The notes beneath the pieces were generated by a model. It saw only the letters and a program-made list of their open reading frames with translations. It was not told the DNA's origin and made no database searches. DNA of 64,000 nt from an uncultured delta proteobacterium (GTDB lineage Bacteria > Myxococcota_A > Polyangia > Polyangiales > Houyiibacteriaceae). Each line of letters starts with the position of its first letter. Positions within the stretch are counted from its first letter, which is position 1. The DNA lies in assembly GCA_963842915.1 (NCBI GenBank), contig CAWJII010000012.1, forward strand, positions 53,320-117,319, in the 5' to 3' direction. Below, piece by piece: positions 10,889-21,670 of the stretch. The position numbers and the translations under genes are program-made.

Positions 10889-12622
10889 ATGCCGCGTAAA
10901 CGCGTGAGTCGCTTGTTCGACCTCAAGGAAGACGACCATGGACGCAAGTACATGGAGGTTTACCTCGATGGAATCGCGCTTCTGCGCTTGGTGCTGAGCA
11001 ACAAGGGCACGGCCTTCAGCTACGAAGAGCGTGTGGCTCTTCGACTCGGTGGTCTTCTTCCGCCGCAGTACAACACGCTCTCACAGCAAATCGAGCGCGT
11101 TTACGAGGGCTTCGTCCAGGCCGCAACCGATATCGACAAGTATCAGTACCTGCGTGCCGTGCAGGAACGGCAAGAGATTCTCTTCTACGCGCTGCTCGAG
11201 AAGCATCTCGATGAAATGCTGCCCATCGTCTACACGCCCACCGTCGGCGCCGCGGTGCAGCAGTTCAGTGCGCTTTACCAGAATCCGCGGGGTCTTTCCT
11301 ATTCACCGCTCAACATCGATCGGGCCGACCAAACGCTCGAATGCTACCCGATGGAAGACGTTCGCATGATCGTCGCAACGGACTCGTCGGCGATTCTCGG
11401 GATCGGCGACCAAGGTTATGGCGGCCTAGCAATTCCAATCGGAAAGATGGCGCTCTACACCGTCGGCGGTGGCGTCAGCCCGTTTCACACGATGCCAGTC
11501 GCGCTCGATGTGGGCACCGATCGCATGGACCTGATCAACGACCCCAACTACCTGGGTGTTCGTCAGAAACGTCTTCGAGGCGAAGACTACTACAAGTTCC
11601 TCGACAAGTTCGTAGACGCCGTCTGGACACGCTGGCCCGATGCCGTAATCCAATGGGAGGATCTTTCGAAGACCGCCGCCTTCACGGTTCTCGAGCGGTA
11701 TCGCGACCGCGGCCCCTCGTTCAACGACGACATCCAGGGCACAGGCGCAGTGGCGCTCGCGGGCATCCTCGCGGCGTGCCATCTTCGCAATGAAAGCCTG
11801 AAGGACGAAGTCTTCGTCATTCACGGCGCCGGCGCAGGTGGAGTTGGCGTGGCCTGGGCGATCCGCGAAGGCTTGGTTCGAGCCGGACTGAGCCGCGCGG
11901 AAGCCAGGTCGCGAGTCTTCGTGCTCGACTCCCAGGGACTTCTGCTCACCGATCGCGACATGGAAGAGTACAAGCGCGGTTTCGCCCACGACCGCACGAT
12001 CACCCGAGATTGGCAGTTCGCAGGCGACATTCCCGACTTGGTCGAAACGATTCGCAGCGCAGGTGCGACGGTGCTCTTGGGTCTGTCGGGTAGACCGGAC
12101 GCGTTCAACGAGGAAATCGTCCGCGCCATGGCGGACAACCACAAGTGGCCGATCATCTTCCCGCTCTCGAACCCGACCAGCTCGGCCGAGGCCAAGCCGA
12201 ACGACATCTTCCGCTGGACCGACGGCCAGGCGATTGTCGCCACCGGTAGCCCCTTTGACCCGGTCATGATGGGTGGCGTCACGCACCCAATCGGCCAGGG
12301 CAACAATGCCTTCATCTTCCCGGGCCTTGGCTTCGGCGCCATTCTCAGCGATGCCAAATCGATTACCGACGGCATGGTCTTGGAAGCGTCCCAGGCCCTC
12401 GCTGACTACACCATCGAGAAGTACGTCGAGGGCGGCCTCATCTACCCACCGGTCAATGACCTGCAAGAAACCTCGGTCCGAGTCGCCACCGCCGTCGTCA
12501 AACAGGCCATCGCCGACGGAGTAGCCCGCCGAGAGAACATCCCGGAAGACCTCGAAGCATTCGTCCGAGAACGCTTCTGGCATCCAATCTACCTCCCCTT
12601 CGTCCGCGGCCGCTTGGACTAG
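10889..12622 (+). CDS. maeA: NAD-dependent malic enzyme (SfcA/MaeA-type)
   Basis: NKGTAF, LPIVYTPTVG, ILGIGDQG, FNDDIQGTG, GAGAGG, IIFPLSNPT, GQGNNAFIFPG. Confidence 0.92.
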   Translation: MPRKRVSRLFDLKEDDHGRKYMEVYLDGIALLRLVLSNKGTAFSYEERVALRLGGLLPPQYNTLSQQIERVYEGFVQAATDIDKYQYLRAVQERQEILFYALLEKHLDEMLPIVYTPTVGAAVQQFSALYQNPRGLSYSPLNIDRADQTLECYPMEDVRMIVATDSSAILGIGDQGYGGLAIPIGKMALYTVGGGVSPFHTMPVALDVGTDRMDLINDPNYLGVRQKRLRGEDYYKFLDKFVDAVWTRWPDAVIQWEDLSKTAAFTVLERYRDRGPSFNDDIQGTGAVALAGILAACHLRNESLKDEVFVIHGAGAGGVGVAWAIREGLVRAGLSRAEARSRVFVLDSQGLLLTDRDMEEYKRGFAHDRTITRDWQFAGDIPDLVETIRSAGATVLLGLSGRPDAFNEEIVRAMADNHKWPIIFPLSNPTSSAEAKPNDIFRWTDGQAIVATGSPFDPVMMGGVTHPIGQGNNAFIFPGLGFGAILSDAKSITDGMVLEASQALADYTIEKYVEGGLIYPPVNDLQETSVRVATAVVKQAIADGVARRENIPEDLEAFVRERFWHPIYLPFVRGRLD

Positions 12623-12638
12623 CGAGACCCGGAAGCCC

Positions 12639-13271
12639 ATGGAGATTGCTGTCGCGCTTTTTGAGCAGGTGACCGCACTGGACGCGGTTGGACCCTACGA
12701 GGTGTTGCAACGGCTTGCGGATGCGCAGGTTCGCTTCGTTGGGCATCGCAAGGGCGAGGTCCGAACGGACAATGGTTTTTTGGGACTCAGCGTCGACTGC
12801 ACCTTCGACGAGCTCCGCGAACCCGACATCCTCTTGATTCCGGGCGGAATCGGAACCCGCGCGCTCGTCCATGATGAGCGGATCCTCGATTGGATCCGGA
12901 GCGCTCACCAGACGAGTCAGTTCACAACCTCCGTCTGCACAGGCTCGCTGCTTCTCGGCGCCGCCGGCCTGCTGACCGGACTCAGAGCGACGACGCACTT
13001 CTCTGCGCTCCCTCTACTCCTGAAGTATGGCGCCATTCCTACCAACGAACGCGTGGTTCAAGAAGGGAGGCTCATCACGGCCGCCGGAGTTTCGAGCGGG
13101 ATCGACATGGCATTGCATCTCGCCGAGCAAGTCACGGACGCCACGACCGCCAAAGCTCTGCAGCTCATGATCGAGTATGACCCGCAGCCACCACACGATG
13201 CGGGCGCACTCCACAAGGTAGACGCCAGCGTTCTCGCCCGAGTCCAAGAGCTCGCGAAGCTCAAGAACTGA
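12639..13271 (+). CDS. DJ-1/PfpI family protein (isonitrile hydratase InhA-like)
   Basis: ALDAVGP, LIPGG, nucleophile elbow SVCTG, AAGVSSGIDMAL, IEYDPQPP. Confidence 0.85.
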   Translation: MEIAVALFEQVTALDAVGPYEVLQRLADAQVRFVGHRKGEVRTDNGFLGLSVDCTFDELREPDILLIPGGIGTRALVHDERILDWIRSAHQTSQFTTSVCTGSLLLGAAGLLTGLRATTHFSALPLLLKYGAIPTNERVVQEGRLITAAGVSSGIDMALHLAEQVTDATTAKALQLMIEYDPQPPHDAGALHKVDASVLARVQELAKLKN

Positions 13272-13340
13272 TTCCGTGTCACCGGAAACGTGGACTGTGA
13301 ATCCATCTGCCCGACTCCAGCTGAGTGAGGCGAACGCCAA

Positions 13341-14093
13341 CTAGGACAGGGCGCCGCCGTCGGCTCGGATCTCGGTGCCGTTGATGTAGCGCGCGTCGTC
13401 GGAGGCTAGAAAGGCGATGACCGATGCTGCGTGCTTGGGTTTGGCGAAGCCAACGAACGGCATGGCGCCCTTGAGGAGCTCCATGTCGGCGCCCTCGGGC
13501 GCTTTGAAGTCGCCGTGGAGCGACGTGGCGATGCCCCCGGGAATGACGCAGTTCGCGCGAAGGCCTTGCTTCACGTACTCCTGGTAGAGGGCGCGGGTCA
13601 TCGAGAGGATTCCGCCCTTCGAAGCCGCGTAGGCGGCCATCCAGGGGTGGCTGCCCAAAGCGGAAGTCGACGAGCAGTTCACCAACGCGCTGAAACGGTT
13701 CTTGAGTAAGTGCGGGAGGGCGGCTTGGTTCACATAGAAGGTGCCGTTGAGGTTGATGTCGATGATCTGATGCCACTGATCGAAGGTCATCTCATGCGTG
13801 TGGTAGGTGCGGAGGATGCCGGCGCAATGACAGAGGGTGTCGAAGCCGCCCATGTCTTCTGCAGCCTGATCGATCACCGCTTTTACGCCCGCGCCATCGG
13901 CGACGTTGCACTCGTATACCCAGGCCTCGACCCCGTGCGCCTCCGCCATCTGCTTGGTGGCGGCCAAACCCCGTGCGTTGATGTCGATGAGAGCGACGTT
14001 GCCACCCTCCTCCGCAATGCGCTGGGCGGTGGCTTGGCCAATGCCTGCGGCCGCTCCAGTGATCACAACGTTCTTTCCTTCAAACCTTTTCAT
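13341..14093 (-). CDS. SDR family oxidoreductase
   Basis: ITGAAAGIG, YAASK, DGG C-terminus. Confidence 0.9.
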   Translation of the reverse strand: MKRFEGKNVVITGAAAGIGQATAQRIAEEGGNVALIDINARGLAATKQMAEAHGVEAWVYECNVADGAGVKAVIDQAAEDMGGFDTLCHCAGILRTYHTHEMTFDQWHQIIDINLNGTFYVNQAALPHLLKNRFSALVNCSSTSALGSHPWMAAYAASKGGILSMTRALYQEYVKQGLRANCVIPGGIATSLHGDFKAPEGADMELLKGAMPFVGFAKPKHAASVIAFLASDDARYINGTEIRADGGALS

Positions 14094-14119
14094 CGTACTT
14101 CTCGCTCTTCGGTGGTGGT

Positions 14120-15265
14120 CTAGTAGCCGTGAAGCCCCGCCCAGCGTCGCCGGTGTTGCGAAGGCTTCCCAAAAATCATGTACGCGGCATGAGCACGCTT
14201 CATGTAGAACCCAATGTCGTGCTCGTCCGTGACGCCGATGCCGCCGTGCATCTGAATTCCTTCTTTGGCCGCGTGTAAGAACGTCTCCGATGCCATCGCA
14301 TTCGCGAGCACAGAGAGCCTCGGCACGTCCTCGGCTGAGTCATCGATGGCCCGCGCCGCTGCAAGGACGACCGAACGAGTGAGGGCAAGCTCGGTGAAGA
14401 CCGAAACCGCACGGTGCTGGAGCGCTTGAAACGAACCGATCGGAACGCCGAACTGCTCGCGTTCTTTGATGTACTCGACCGTATCCGCGAAGGCCTGCTC
14501 CGCGCCGCCGAGCATCTGAGCCGCCGAGCCGACAGCAGCGCGCTCGAACACGGCCGCGAGCAGCTGCACGCCGCCGTCCAACTCTCCGACGATGCTCTCG
14601 GCGTCGACGGCTACGGAATCGAGACTCACGATGGCCGAGCTCAGCCCGTCAATTCGGTGCTGCCTCTCGATGCTGACCCCCGACTGCGCCGGATCCAGCA
14701 AGAACAGCGTACAGGCCTCGTCGGAAGTCCTCGCCGACACGATGATGCGATCGGCGACGTGTGCGTCGAGGACTTGGAGCTTTGCGCCGCTCAGCTCGAA
14801 ACCATCGCCTGAACGCTTCGCGGCCGTGACCACCCTGCTGAAGTCACCGTGCGAGCCCGCTTCTTCATAGCCGAGCGCCAAAATCTTGTCACCGGCCACG
14901 ACCCCCGGCAGCAGAGTTCTCTTCTGGGATTCGCTCCCCCCCAGCAACAGGGCCTGCGTGCCTAGAAGCAGGGTCGAAACGAACGGCTCGGGCATCAACT
15001 CACGCCCGCTCTGCTCAAGAACCACGCAGAGATCAAAGAAGCCCAAGCCCAGCCCATCGTACTCTTCGGGAATCTGCAGGCCAAGCCAGCCGAGCTCCGC
15101 CATGTCGTTCCAAAGCTCCCGTGAAAACCCAAGCTCGTCTTTCGAGTCCCGAAAGCTGCGAATGCGAGCCGCCGGTGCCCGCTCTCGGATGAACTCATGC
15201 GCCGTCTTCGAGAGCATCTTCTGCTCGTCGTTGAGAAGCAAGGATGGCGCTCTGTGGCCGGGCAT
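14120..15265 (-). CDS. Acyl-CoA dehydrogenase, beta-type subunit of a heterotetrameric steroid ACAD
   Basis: REQFGVPIGSFQALQH, GIQMHGGIG; overlaps the stop of the partner ACAD at 15265. Confidence 0.88.
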   Translation of the reverse strand: MPGHRAPSLLLNDEQKMLSKTAHEFIRERAPAARIRSFRDSKDELGFSRELWNDMAELGWLGLQIPEEYDGLGLGFFDLCVVLEQSGRELMPEPFVSTLLLGTQALLLGGSESQKRTLLPGVVAGDKILALGYEEAGSHGDFSRVVTAAKRSGDGFELSGAKLQVLDAHVADRIIVSARTSDEACTLFLLDPAQSGVSIERQHRIDGLSSAIVSLDSVAVDAESIVGELDGGVQLLAAVFERAAVGSAAQMLGGAEQAFADTVEYIKEREQFGVPIGSFQALQHRAVSVFTELALTRSVVLAAARAIDDSAEDVPRLSVLANAMASETFLHAAKEGIQMHGGIGVTDEHDIGFYMKRAHAAYMIFGKPSQHRRRWAGLHGY

Positions 15266-16467
15266 TACTTCCCCTCCGGCAGGCCGAGCACTCGCTTGGA
15301 CACGATGTTCTTCTGGATTTCGGACGAGCCGCCTTCGATGGTGCTCGCGCGCGAACGGAGCCAGTCACGCGTGTACTGAAGGTCATCCGCGTGAAAGCCT
15401 GGGCCTTCCCAACCGAGGCCTTGAATCCCCGCGACCTTCATGCCGAGCTCGAAGCGCTTCTGCTTGAGCTCCGTGCCGACGATCTTGGTGATCGAGCCCT
15501 CGGGCCCGGGTTGGCCGCTCTCGGCACTCTGCTGAATCCTCGCCAGAGTCAGATGAAACGCCTCTTCGAGCATCCCCAGTGACGCAATCTCGTCTCGAAG
15601 CAAGGGGTCCGGGATTTCGCCTTCGGGCACGCCGAGGTGCCTGCGGGCCCTGGCCACGACTTCTCGTTGTGCGGAGCCCGGTTGGCGCGCGATCGATCGG
15701 CCGATCGACGAACGCTCGTGCCCGAGGATCGCCTTGGCGATCGTCCAGCCTTCGTTCTCCGTGCCCACGAGATTCACAGCGGGCACTCGGACGTTGTCGA
15801 AGAAGGTTTCACAGAACGGCGAGTAGCCGCTAATCAAATCGATCCGCCTCACGGTGATTCCCGGTGTGTTCAGATCCGCAAGAATCACCGAAATGCCCAT
15901 TTGCTTCTTGGGCGCATTTGGATCGGTTCGAGTGAGGCAGTAGATCCAATCACTGAGATTCGCGTGGGAGGTCCATACCTTCTGCCCGTTCAAAACGTAC
16001 TCGTCGCCGTCGCGCTCCGCTTTGAGCTGAAGGTTTGCCAGATCGGAGCCGGCGTTCGGCTCCGAGTAGCCCTGACACCAGCGAACCTCGCCGCGCGCAA
16101 TCCCCGGCAGGTGCTGCGCTCGTTGCACGTCGCTGCCGTACTTGAGCAAGACAGGACCAAACATCGCCAGGCCCTGCCCCGCTACCGGACGCGGCACAGC
16201 GATGGCCTTCATCTCCGCGTGGATGATGTTCTCCTGCTCGCGACTGAGACCTGCGCCTCCGTACTCCTTCGGCCAGGCCGGCGCCGTCCAGCACTTCTCG
16301 ATGCCGAGGTCGCGCCAACGCAGAAGATCGGGGTCGGTCTCCTCGCATTTGGAGCCACCCCAGTAGCCCTCGAACGGGCCGCTGCCGCTGGTTGCCCAGA
16401 GCGACTTGGGCGCGTTCTCGCGGACCCAAGCGCGAGCTTCGGCGCGAAATTCTTCCAAGTCAATCAC
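15265..16467 (-). CDS. Acyl-CoA dehydrogenase, alpha-type subunit
   Basis: WCQGYSEPNAGSDLA, NGQKVWTS, TIEGGSSEIQKNI. Confidence 0.9.
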   Translation of the reverse strand: MIDLEEFRAEARAWVRENAPKSLWATSGSGPFEGYWGGSKCEETDPDLLRWRDLGIEKCWTAPAWPKEYGGAGLSREQENIIHAEMKAIAVPRPVAGQGLAMFGPVLLKYGSDVQRAQHLPGIARGEVRWCQGYSEPNAGSDLANLQLKAERDGDEYVLNGQKVWTSHANLSDWIYCLTRTDPNAPKKQMGISVILADLNTPGITVRRIDLISGYSPFCETFFDNVRVPAVNLVGTENEGWTIAKAILGHERSSIGRSIARQPGSAQREVVARARRHLGVPEGEIPDPLLRDEIASLGMLEEAFHLTLARIQQSAESGQPGPEGSITKIVGTELKQKRFELGMKVAGIQGLGWEGPGFHADDLQYTRDWLRSRASTIEGGSSEIQKNIVSKRVLGLPEGK

Positions 16468-16471
16468 GCGA

Positions 16472-17500
16472 TCACTCCGCGGCCCCGGCCTTCTTCATGT
16501 CGAGGGCGACGTCCTCGATCATGTCTTCCTGCCCTCCAACCGTCTTCATCCGGCCCAGCTCGACGAGGATGTCGGTCGACTTGAGTCCGTACTTGTCTGC
16601 CGCGCGCTTCGCGTGAAGCAAGAACGAGGAGTAGACCCCAGCGTAACCAAGCGTGAGTGAATCGCGATCCACGCGAACCTTGTGCGTCATCAGCGGATAG
16701 ACGATCTCTTCGGCCAGATCCATGAGCTTCCACATGTCGACCCCCGTCTCGACGCCCATGCGGTGAAGCACGGCCACGAAGACCTCGAGCGGCGTGTTGC
16801 CTGCACCAGCGCCCATGCCAGCCACCGAGCCATCGATACGCGCTGCTCCAGCCTCGATGGCAGCAAGCGAGTTCGCAATGCCCATGTGCATGTTGTGATG
16901 ACCATGAAAGCCGACCTCGACGTCGGCGTCGAGCTTCTCGCGAAGATAGCCCACGCGCGCCGTCACGTCGTCCGGCAGCATGTAGCCAGCCGAGTCGGTC
17001 ACGTAGATGCAGTTCGCCCCATAGCCCTGCATGAGCTCTGCCTGCTCGAGCAGCTCCTGCGGCCCGATCATGTGAGCCATCATCAGGAAACCCACCGTGT
17101 CCATCTCCATCTTGGCCCCGAGGCCGATGTGCTGCTCCGACACGTCGGCCTCAGTGCAATGCGTGGCCACTCGTATCGTCTGCACGCCGCAGTCGTGGGC
17201 CATCCGCAGATGGTCGACCGTGCCGATGCCCGGAATCAATAGAGCGGAGATCTTGGCGTTCTTCATCTTGGGCACGACCGCCCGGAGGTACTCCTCGTCG
17301 GTGGCGGCCGGAAAGCCGTAGTTTACAGAAGCGCCGCCGAGGCCATCGCCGTGCGTCACCTCGATGAGCGGCACGGCGGCCTCGTCGAGGGCGGTCGCGA
17401 CCTCAATCATTTGCTCCGGCGTGAGCTGGTGGCGCTGGGGATGCATCCCGTCACGCAGGCTCATGTCGTGGAGCGTGACCTTCTTACCTTCGAGATTCAT
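16472..17500 (-). CDS. hsaF: 4-hydroxy-2-oxovalerate/hexanoate aldolase (DmpG/HsaF)
   Basis: [45 protein letters not shown]. Confidence 0.93.
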   Translation of the reverse strand: MNLEGKKVTLHDMSLRDGMHPQRHQLTPEQMIEVATALDEAAVPLIEVTHGDGLGGASVNYGFPAATDEEYLRAVVPKMKNAKISALLIPGIGTVDHLRMAHDCGVQTIRVATHCTEADVSEQHIGLGAKMEMDTVGFLMMAHMIGPQELLEQAELMQGYGANCIYVTDSAGYMLPDDVTARVGYLREKLDADVEVGFHGHHNMHMGIANSLAAIEAGAARIDGSVAGMGAGAGNTPLEVFVAVLHRMGVETGVDMWKLMDLAEEIVYPLMTHKVRVDRDSLTLGYAGVYSSFLLHAKRAADKYGLKSTDILVELGRMKTVGGQEDMIEDVALDMKKAGAAE

Positions 17501-18393
17501 GCTGCCTCCGCACGCTTGATTTCTTCCGCGATGAGCTCGGCCGTCCGCAGACCCGCCGCCGTCATGATGTCGAGATTGCCTGCGTACTTCGGGAGAAAGT
17601 CACCGAGGCCTTCGACCTCCATGAAGAACGATACGCGATTGCCATCGAAGACCGGCCCGTTCTTGAGCGTGTAGCCCGGAACGTACCTCTGGACTTCAGC
17701 GATCATCTGCTCGGCCGACTCGATGATCTCTTTTTGCTTCGGAGCATCTTTGGTCAGGCAGTGAATCGTATCGCGCATCATCAGCGGTGGTTCCGCGGGG
17801 TTGATGATGATGATCGCCTTTCCGCGATCCGCCCCGCCAACGACCTCGACGCCCTTGGCGGTCGTGCGCGTGAACTCGTCGATGTTCCTGCGTGTCCCAG
17901 GACCAGCTGACTTCGATGAGACCGTCGCAATGATTTCCCCGTACTCGACGGGCTGCACGCGGCTGACGGCGGCAACCATCGGAATCGTCGCCTGACCCCC
18001 GCAGGTCACCATGTTCACGTTCTGCTCTCCCCGCCCAACCATCTCTAGAAGATTGACGGGCGGCACGCAGAAGGGGCCGATCGCAGCGGGCGTGAGGTCG
18101 ACCATCTTGACGCCGTACTTCTTGACCAGCTCGTTGTTCGACTCGTGCACGTACGCGCTGGTCGCGTCCCAGGCGATCTGAACTTTGTCGTCGACGATGT
18201 GCGGCTCCATTCCCTTGACCCCATCGGCTGTCGTCTTCAGGCCGAGCTCTTTGGCTCGCTTGAGCCCCTCGGATTCGGGGTCGATCCCGACAACCCAAAC
18301 CGGTTCGATGATGTCACTTCGAAGCGCCTTGTAGAGCAGATCGGTACCGATGTTCCCGGACCCGATGATCGCTGCCTTCACTTTCGTCGTCAT
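17497..18393 (-). CDS. hsaG: Acylating aldehyde dehydrogenase (DmpF/HsaG)
   Basis: [48 protein letters not shown]. Confidence 0.94.
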   Translation of the reverse strand: MTTKVKAAIIGSGNIGTDLLYKALRSDIIEPVWVVGIDPESEGLKRAKELGLKTTADGVKGMEPHIVDDKVQIAWDATSAYVHESNNELVKKYGVKMVDLTPAAIGPFCVPPVNLLEMVGRGEQNVNMVTCGGQATIPMVAAVSRVQPVEYGEIIATVSSKSAGPGTRRNIDEFTRTTAKGVEVVGGADRGKAIIIINPAEPPLMMRDTIHCLTKDAPKQKEIIESAEQMIAEVQRYVPGYTLKNGPVFDGNRVSFFMEVEGLGDFLPKYAGNLDIMTAAGLRTAELIAEEIKRAEAA

Positions 18394-18407
18394 CTCTCCC
18401 TACTCTC

Positions 18408-19208
18408 CTATGTGAACCGCACCGAGGCAGTCCCAACCCCTTCGACTTCGAGGTGCATCTGGTCGCCCGCAACCACGGGTTCGAGGGGCACCAGGGATCC
18501 CGAGAGCACTACGTCACCGGCGTTCAGGCTGATGCCGAATTCCGACAAGGTATTGGCCAGCCAGCACACGCAATTGACGGGCGAATCAAGCGCGGCCGAG
18601 CCCAGACCCTCACTGAGAAGCTCGCCGTTCTTGTAGACGCTCATTTTCAGATTCGGGAAGTCGAGCCCCTTCGGGTCGGCGTGCTCGTCGCCGAGTACGA
18701 ACAAGCCACAGCTCGCATTGTCGGCGACGGTGTCTTGGATTTTGACCTTCCAGTCATGGACACGGCTGTCGACCACTTCGAAACAGGCCATCACATATTC
18801 GGTCGCGTCCAGGACATCCTCGTTGGTCACGCCGGGTCCCTTCAAGTCTTTGCGGAGCTTGAAGGCGATCTCTCCTTCTGCACGTGGCTGGATCAACTGC
18901 TCGCTGATCGGCATCGGCCCGCCGTTTGGATACATCATTTTGTCTGTGAGGTAACCGAAGTCTGGCTGAAAGACGCCGAGCATCTCCTGCACGGCTCTAC
19001 TCGTGACGCCGATCTTCTTGCCGATAATCTTCTCGCCATCGTCTTCGAGTCGGCGGTTCACCATTCGGAGTGATACGTGGTACGCGTCTTCGATTCGGAT
19101 TTCCGGCCAGCGCTCGGTGAGAGGGCTCAGCGTCCGACGCGCGCGCAAGGCCTCGTAGAGTTCGTCTCCGAGCTCTTCGATTTTGTTGCTGCGCGCTGCA
19201 TCGTCCAT
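18408..19208 (-). CDS. hsaE: 2-hydroxy-penta/hexa-2,4-dienoate hydratase (MhpD/HsaE, FAH family)
   Basis: GKKIGVTSRAVQEMLGV, QPDFG, EVVDSR, DTVADNAS; start at ATG 19208 (MDDAARS), 2 nt after the hsaA stop. Confidence 0.9.
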   Translation of the reverse strand: MDDAARSNKIEELGDELYEALRARRTLSPLTERWPEIRIEDAYHVSLRMVNRRLEDDGEKIIGKKIGVTSRAVQEMLGVFQPDFGYLTDKMMYPNGGPMPISEQLIQPRAEGEIAFKLRKDLKGPGVTNEDVLDATEYVMACFEVVDSRVHDWKVKIQDTVADNASCGLFVLGDEHADPKGLDFPNLKMSVYKNGELLSEGLGSAALDSPVNCVCWLANTLSEFGISLNAGDVVLSGSLVPLEPVVAGDQMHLEVEGVGTASVRFT

Positions 19209-19210
19209 GC

Positions 19211-20401
19211 CTAAATGAAGAAGTCGCTGTTCTTCTGACCAAAGAGTACGCCGCCCATGTTGGAAGCCGGCGTGTCGGGACCGTTGGCGTGGTGAAGACG
19301 AATCGTATGAACGTCTTGGAAGTGGCGGTTGATCGGATGGTCCACGAACGCTGCGCGGGCACCGCATGCGATGAAGAGCTGCTCGACGACCTCGGTGGAA
19401 ACACGAACTGCACGGGCGGAGTCATTGCGAAAGTGCACGCGACGGTCGAGTGGGATTTTCTCTCCACGCTGAAGATAGCCCGACATCTCGTCGAAGTTCC
19501 GTCGCAGCGTGAGCACTTCTCGGTCGAGCACCGCGGTCGCTTCCGCAGCAACCACGCTGTTGGTGAACGAATCCTTGGCCTTGCCGCCGGTCGCCTGCGA
19601 CACCTTGTTCTTCATGAAATCGACATAGGACTCGAGCGCACCGAACGCGGCGCCGACCGCCGGAGTCGAGACCGATCGCACGTGAATCTGGCCGAAAGGG
19701 TACTTGTAGACCGGCGATGTGTTCACCTCGTTGCCCGGACTCTGCTGCCTGAAGCCATCGGAGAACTTGTGCATGCGATGATCCGGAACGAATGCGCCGT
19801 CGACCACGACATCTTTGCTGCCAGACCCACGCAGGCCCGACACGTGCCAGTTGTCGATGATCTCGTAGTCTGCCCGCGGAACCAAGAACGTTCGCATGTC
19901 GGGCGGCTTGCCCTCCTCGTTCGGCACGAAGCCGCCGAGGAACACCCAATCACAAGCATCGCAGCCGCTCGAAAACGACCAACGGCCGCTGAGCTTCACC
20001 CCGCCGTCGACCCATTCGGTCTTGGCGACCGGCATATACGATGAAGAGATCAGCGTCTTGGGATCGTCCCCCCAAACCTCGTTCTGCGCTTCAGGCGCAA
20101 AGAGCGCGAGCTGCCATGAGTGAACGTTCAGCACACCGTAGACCCAAGCGCTCGACGCGCAGCCCCGCCCGAGCTCGAGCTGAAGGTCGAAGATGATCGA
20201 CGGGTCCATCTCGTAGCCGCCATATCGTTTCGGTTGAACGACTTTGAAGAAGCCAAGTCGGTGGAAGTCCTCAATCGTCTCGTCGGGAAGCCTACGAAGC
20301 TCTGCGGCCTTCTTGGATCGCTCCTGCAAAGTAGGGGCAAGATCGCGGGCTCGCTGAATCAGCTCTTCGCGTGTCGGCATCGGGCTCTGATCTCCGTCCA
20401 T
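19211..20401 (-). CDS. hsaA: Flavin-dependent monooxygenase, oxygenase subunit (3-HSA 4-hydroxylase HsaA-like)
   Basis: QPKRYGG, CASSAWVYGVLNVHSWQLALF, ISSSYMP, GRWSFSSGCD, WHVSGLRGSGS; first gene of the hsaE/G/F operon. Confidence 0.85.
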   Translation of the reverse strand: MDGDQSPMPTREELIQRARDLAPTLQERSKKAAELRRLPDETIEDFHRLGFFKVVQPKRYGGYEMDPSIIFDLQLELGRGCASSAWVYGVLNVHSWQLALFAPEAQNEVWGDDPKTLISSSYMPVAKTEWVDGGVKLSGRWSFSSGCDACDWVFLGGFVPNEEGKPPDMRTFLVPRADYEIIDNWHVSGLRGSGSKDVVVDGAFVPDHRMHKFSDGFRQQSPGNEVNTSPVYKYPFGQIHVRSVSTPAVGAAFGALESYVDFMKNKVSQATGGKAKDSFTNSVVAAEATAVLDREVLTLRRNFDEMSGYLQRGEKIPLDRRVHFRNDSARAVRVSTEVVEQLFIACGARAAFVDHPINRHFQDVHTIRLHHANGPDTPASNMGGVLFGQKNSDFFI

Positions 20402-20495
20402 TGTCGTCTCTCCAGGTGCTGTTGGCCGGGGGCCGCTGGCATTCGATGGTTCTTCGAGTCCCGCCTTTACAGATCGGCCACCTCAGGCCATAAAG

Positions 20496-20509
20496 TAGAA
20501 CGTGTTCTA
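20496..20509. promoter_or_regulatory. KstR-type operator between divergent hsaA and amidohydrolase
   Basis: TAGAACGTGTTCTA matches TnnAACnnGTTnnA; overlaps a minus-strand TGGACA-N17-TAGAAC promoter-like pair. Confidence 0.8.
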
Positions 20510-20586
20510 GCCTACGGGCTGGGACATGTCCAGCAGGCTCATGCAAACATAGGGCTCTGCCTGGGACTCGGAAAGGACGCGATTTC

Positions 20587-21459
20587 ATGCCGATACCGAC
20601 TGGCCTCAAAGCCATCGACCTGATGATGAACATCCCCGACGGCGACCCCACCGCCTGGTACGAGTTCATCAAGCCGCTGCTGCTCGATGAGGAGAGCCGG
20701 AAAGTCTTCACGATGCCCGCCCAGTACATGTTCAAAGACATCCCCGAGATCGGCGAGCAGAAGGACTATGTCCAGTACGCCATCGGCGAGATGGACAAGT
20801 GGGGCATTCAGCAGGCGATGCTGGGCATTTCCGGGCCGAACTCCAGTAACCTCGAGGCTTGCCGCAAGTACCCCGAGCGCTTCTTCCCATCCTACGGCGC
20901 CAATCCGAACAACGGCATGGACGAGGTCCGAACGATTCGGAAGCTGCACAAGGAACATGGCCTCAAGGCCGTGACGGGATTCCCTTCGGGTCTATGTCCC
21001 CAAGTTCCACTCAACGACAAGAAGTACTACCCGATCTACGCTACCTGCGTTGACCTGGACATCCCCATTTGCCTCTGCGTGGGCGTCCCTGGCCCGCGTA
21101 TTCCGATGGCGCCGCAGAAGGTCGAGCACATCGACGAAGTGTGCTGGTTTTTCCCGGAGCTCAAGTTCGTCATGCGCCACGGCGGCGAGCCCTGGGTGGA
21201 CCTCGCGGTCAAGCTGATGCTCAAGTACCCGAACCTCTACTACAGCACGAGCGCCTTCGCGCCGAAGCACTACCCGAAGTCGATCATCCACTACGCAAAC
21301 ACGCGCGGAGCCGACAAGATCATGTATGCAGGATACTTCCCGATGGGGCTCTCGCTCGAGCGAATCTTCACCGACATGCAGAACGTGCCGTTCAAAGACC
21401 AAGTTTGGGCGAAGTTCCTCCGCGAAAACGCGATTCGGGTGTTCAAGCTGGACGAATAG
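20587..21459 (+). CDS. Amidohydrolase_2 family protein
   Basis: YPIYATCVDLDIPI, FPELKFVMRHGGEPW, YPNLYYSTSAFAPK, DKIMYAG, FLRENAIRVFKL. Confidence 0.85.
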   Translation: MPIPTGLKAIDLMMNIPDGDPTAWYEFIKPLLLDEESRKVFTMPAQYMFKDIPEIGEQKDYVQYAIGEMDKWGIQQAMLGISGPNSSNLEACRKYPERFFPSYGANPNNGMDEVRTIRKLHKEHGLKAVTGFPSGLCPQVPLNDKKYYPIYATCVDLDIPICLCVGVPGPRIPMAPQKVEHIDEVCWFFPELKFVMRHGGEPWVDLAVKLMLKYPNLYYSTSAFAPKHYPKSIIHYANTRGADKIMYAGYFPMGLSLERIFTDMQNVPFKDQVWAKFLRENAIRVFKLDE

Positions 21460-21464
21460 ACGGC

Positions 21465-21665
21465 TCAAATGGCCAAAGTGATTCCGAGCAGGAATACGAA
21501 CTGGACGCCGTAGCGCGTCTGGCTCGCGGTCTCGATCTAGAACCGAATCATTGGAACACCGAAGTCGACCCGGAGCTTGTTGTTCATCTTGTAGTTGAAG
21601 GTGAAAACGTCGAGCTGAGCGGCCAGCAAGAACCTGTAGTCGTCGCCGCCAGCTCGAAGCTGAGC
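21465..21665 (-). pseudogene. Probable 3' remnant of a beta-strand-rich (outer-membrane-like) protein gene
   Basis: Minus frame reads GGDDYRFLLAAQLDVFTFNYKMNNKLRVDFGVPMIRF*IETASQTRYGVQFVFLLGITLAI*, with mostly G/C-ending codons, one internal TAG (21537-21539) and no upstream start before rlmKL. Confidence 0.35.
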
Positions 21666-21670
21666 CCGCG

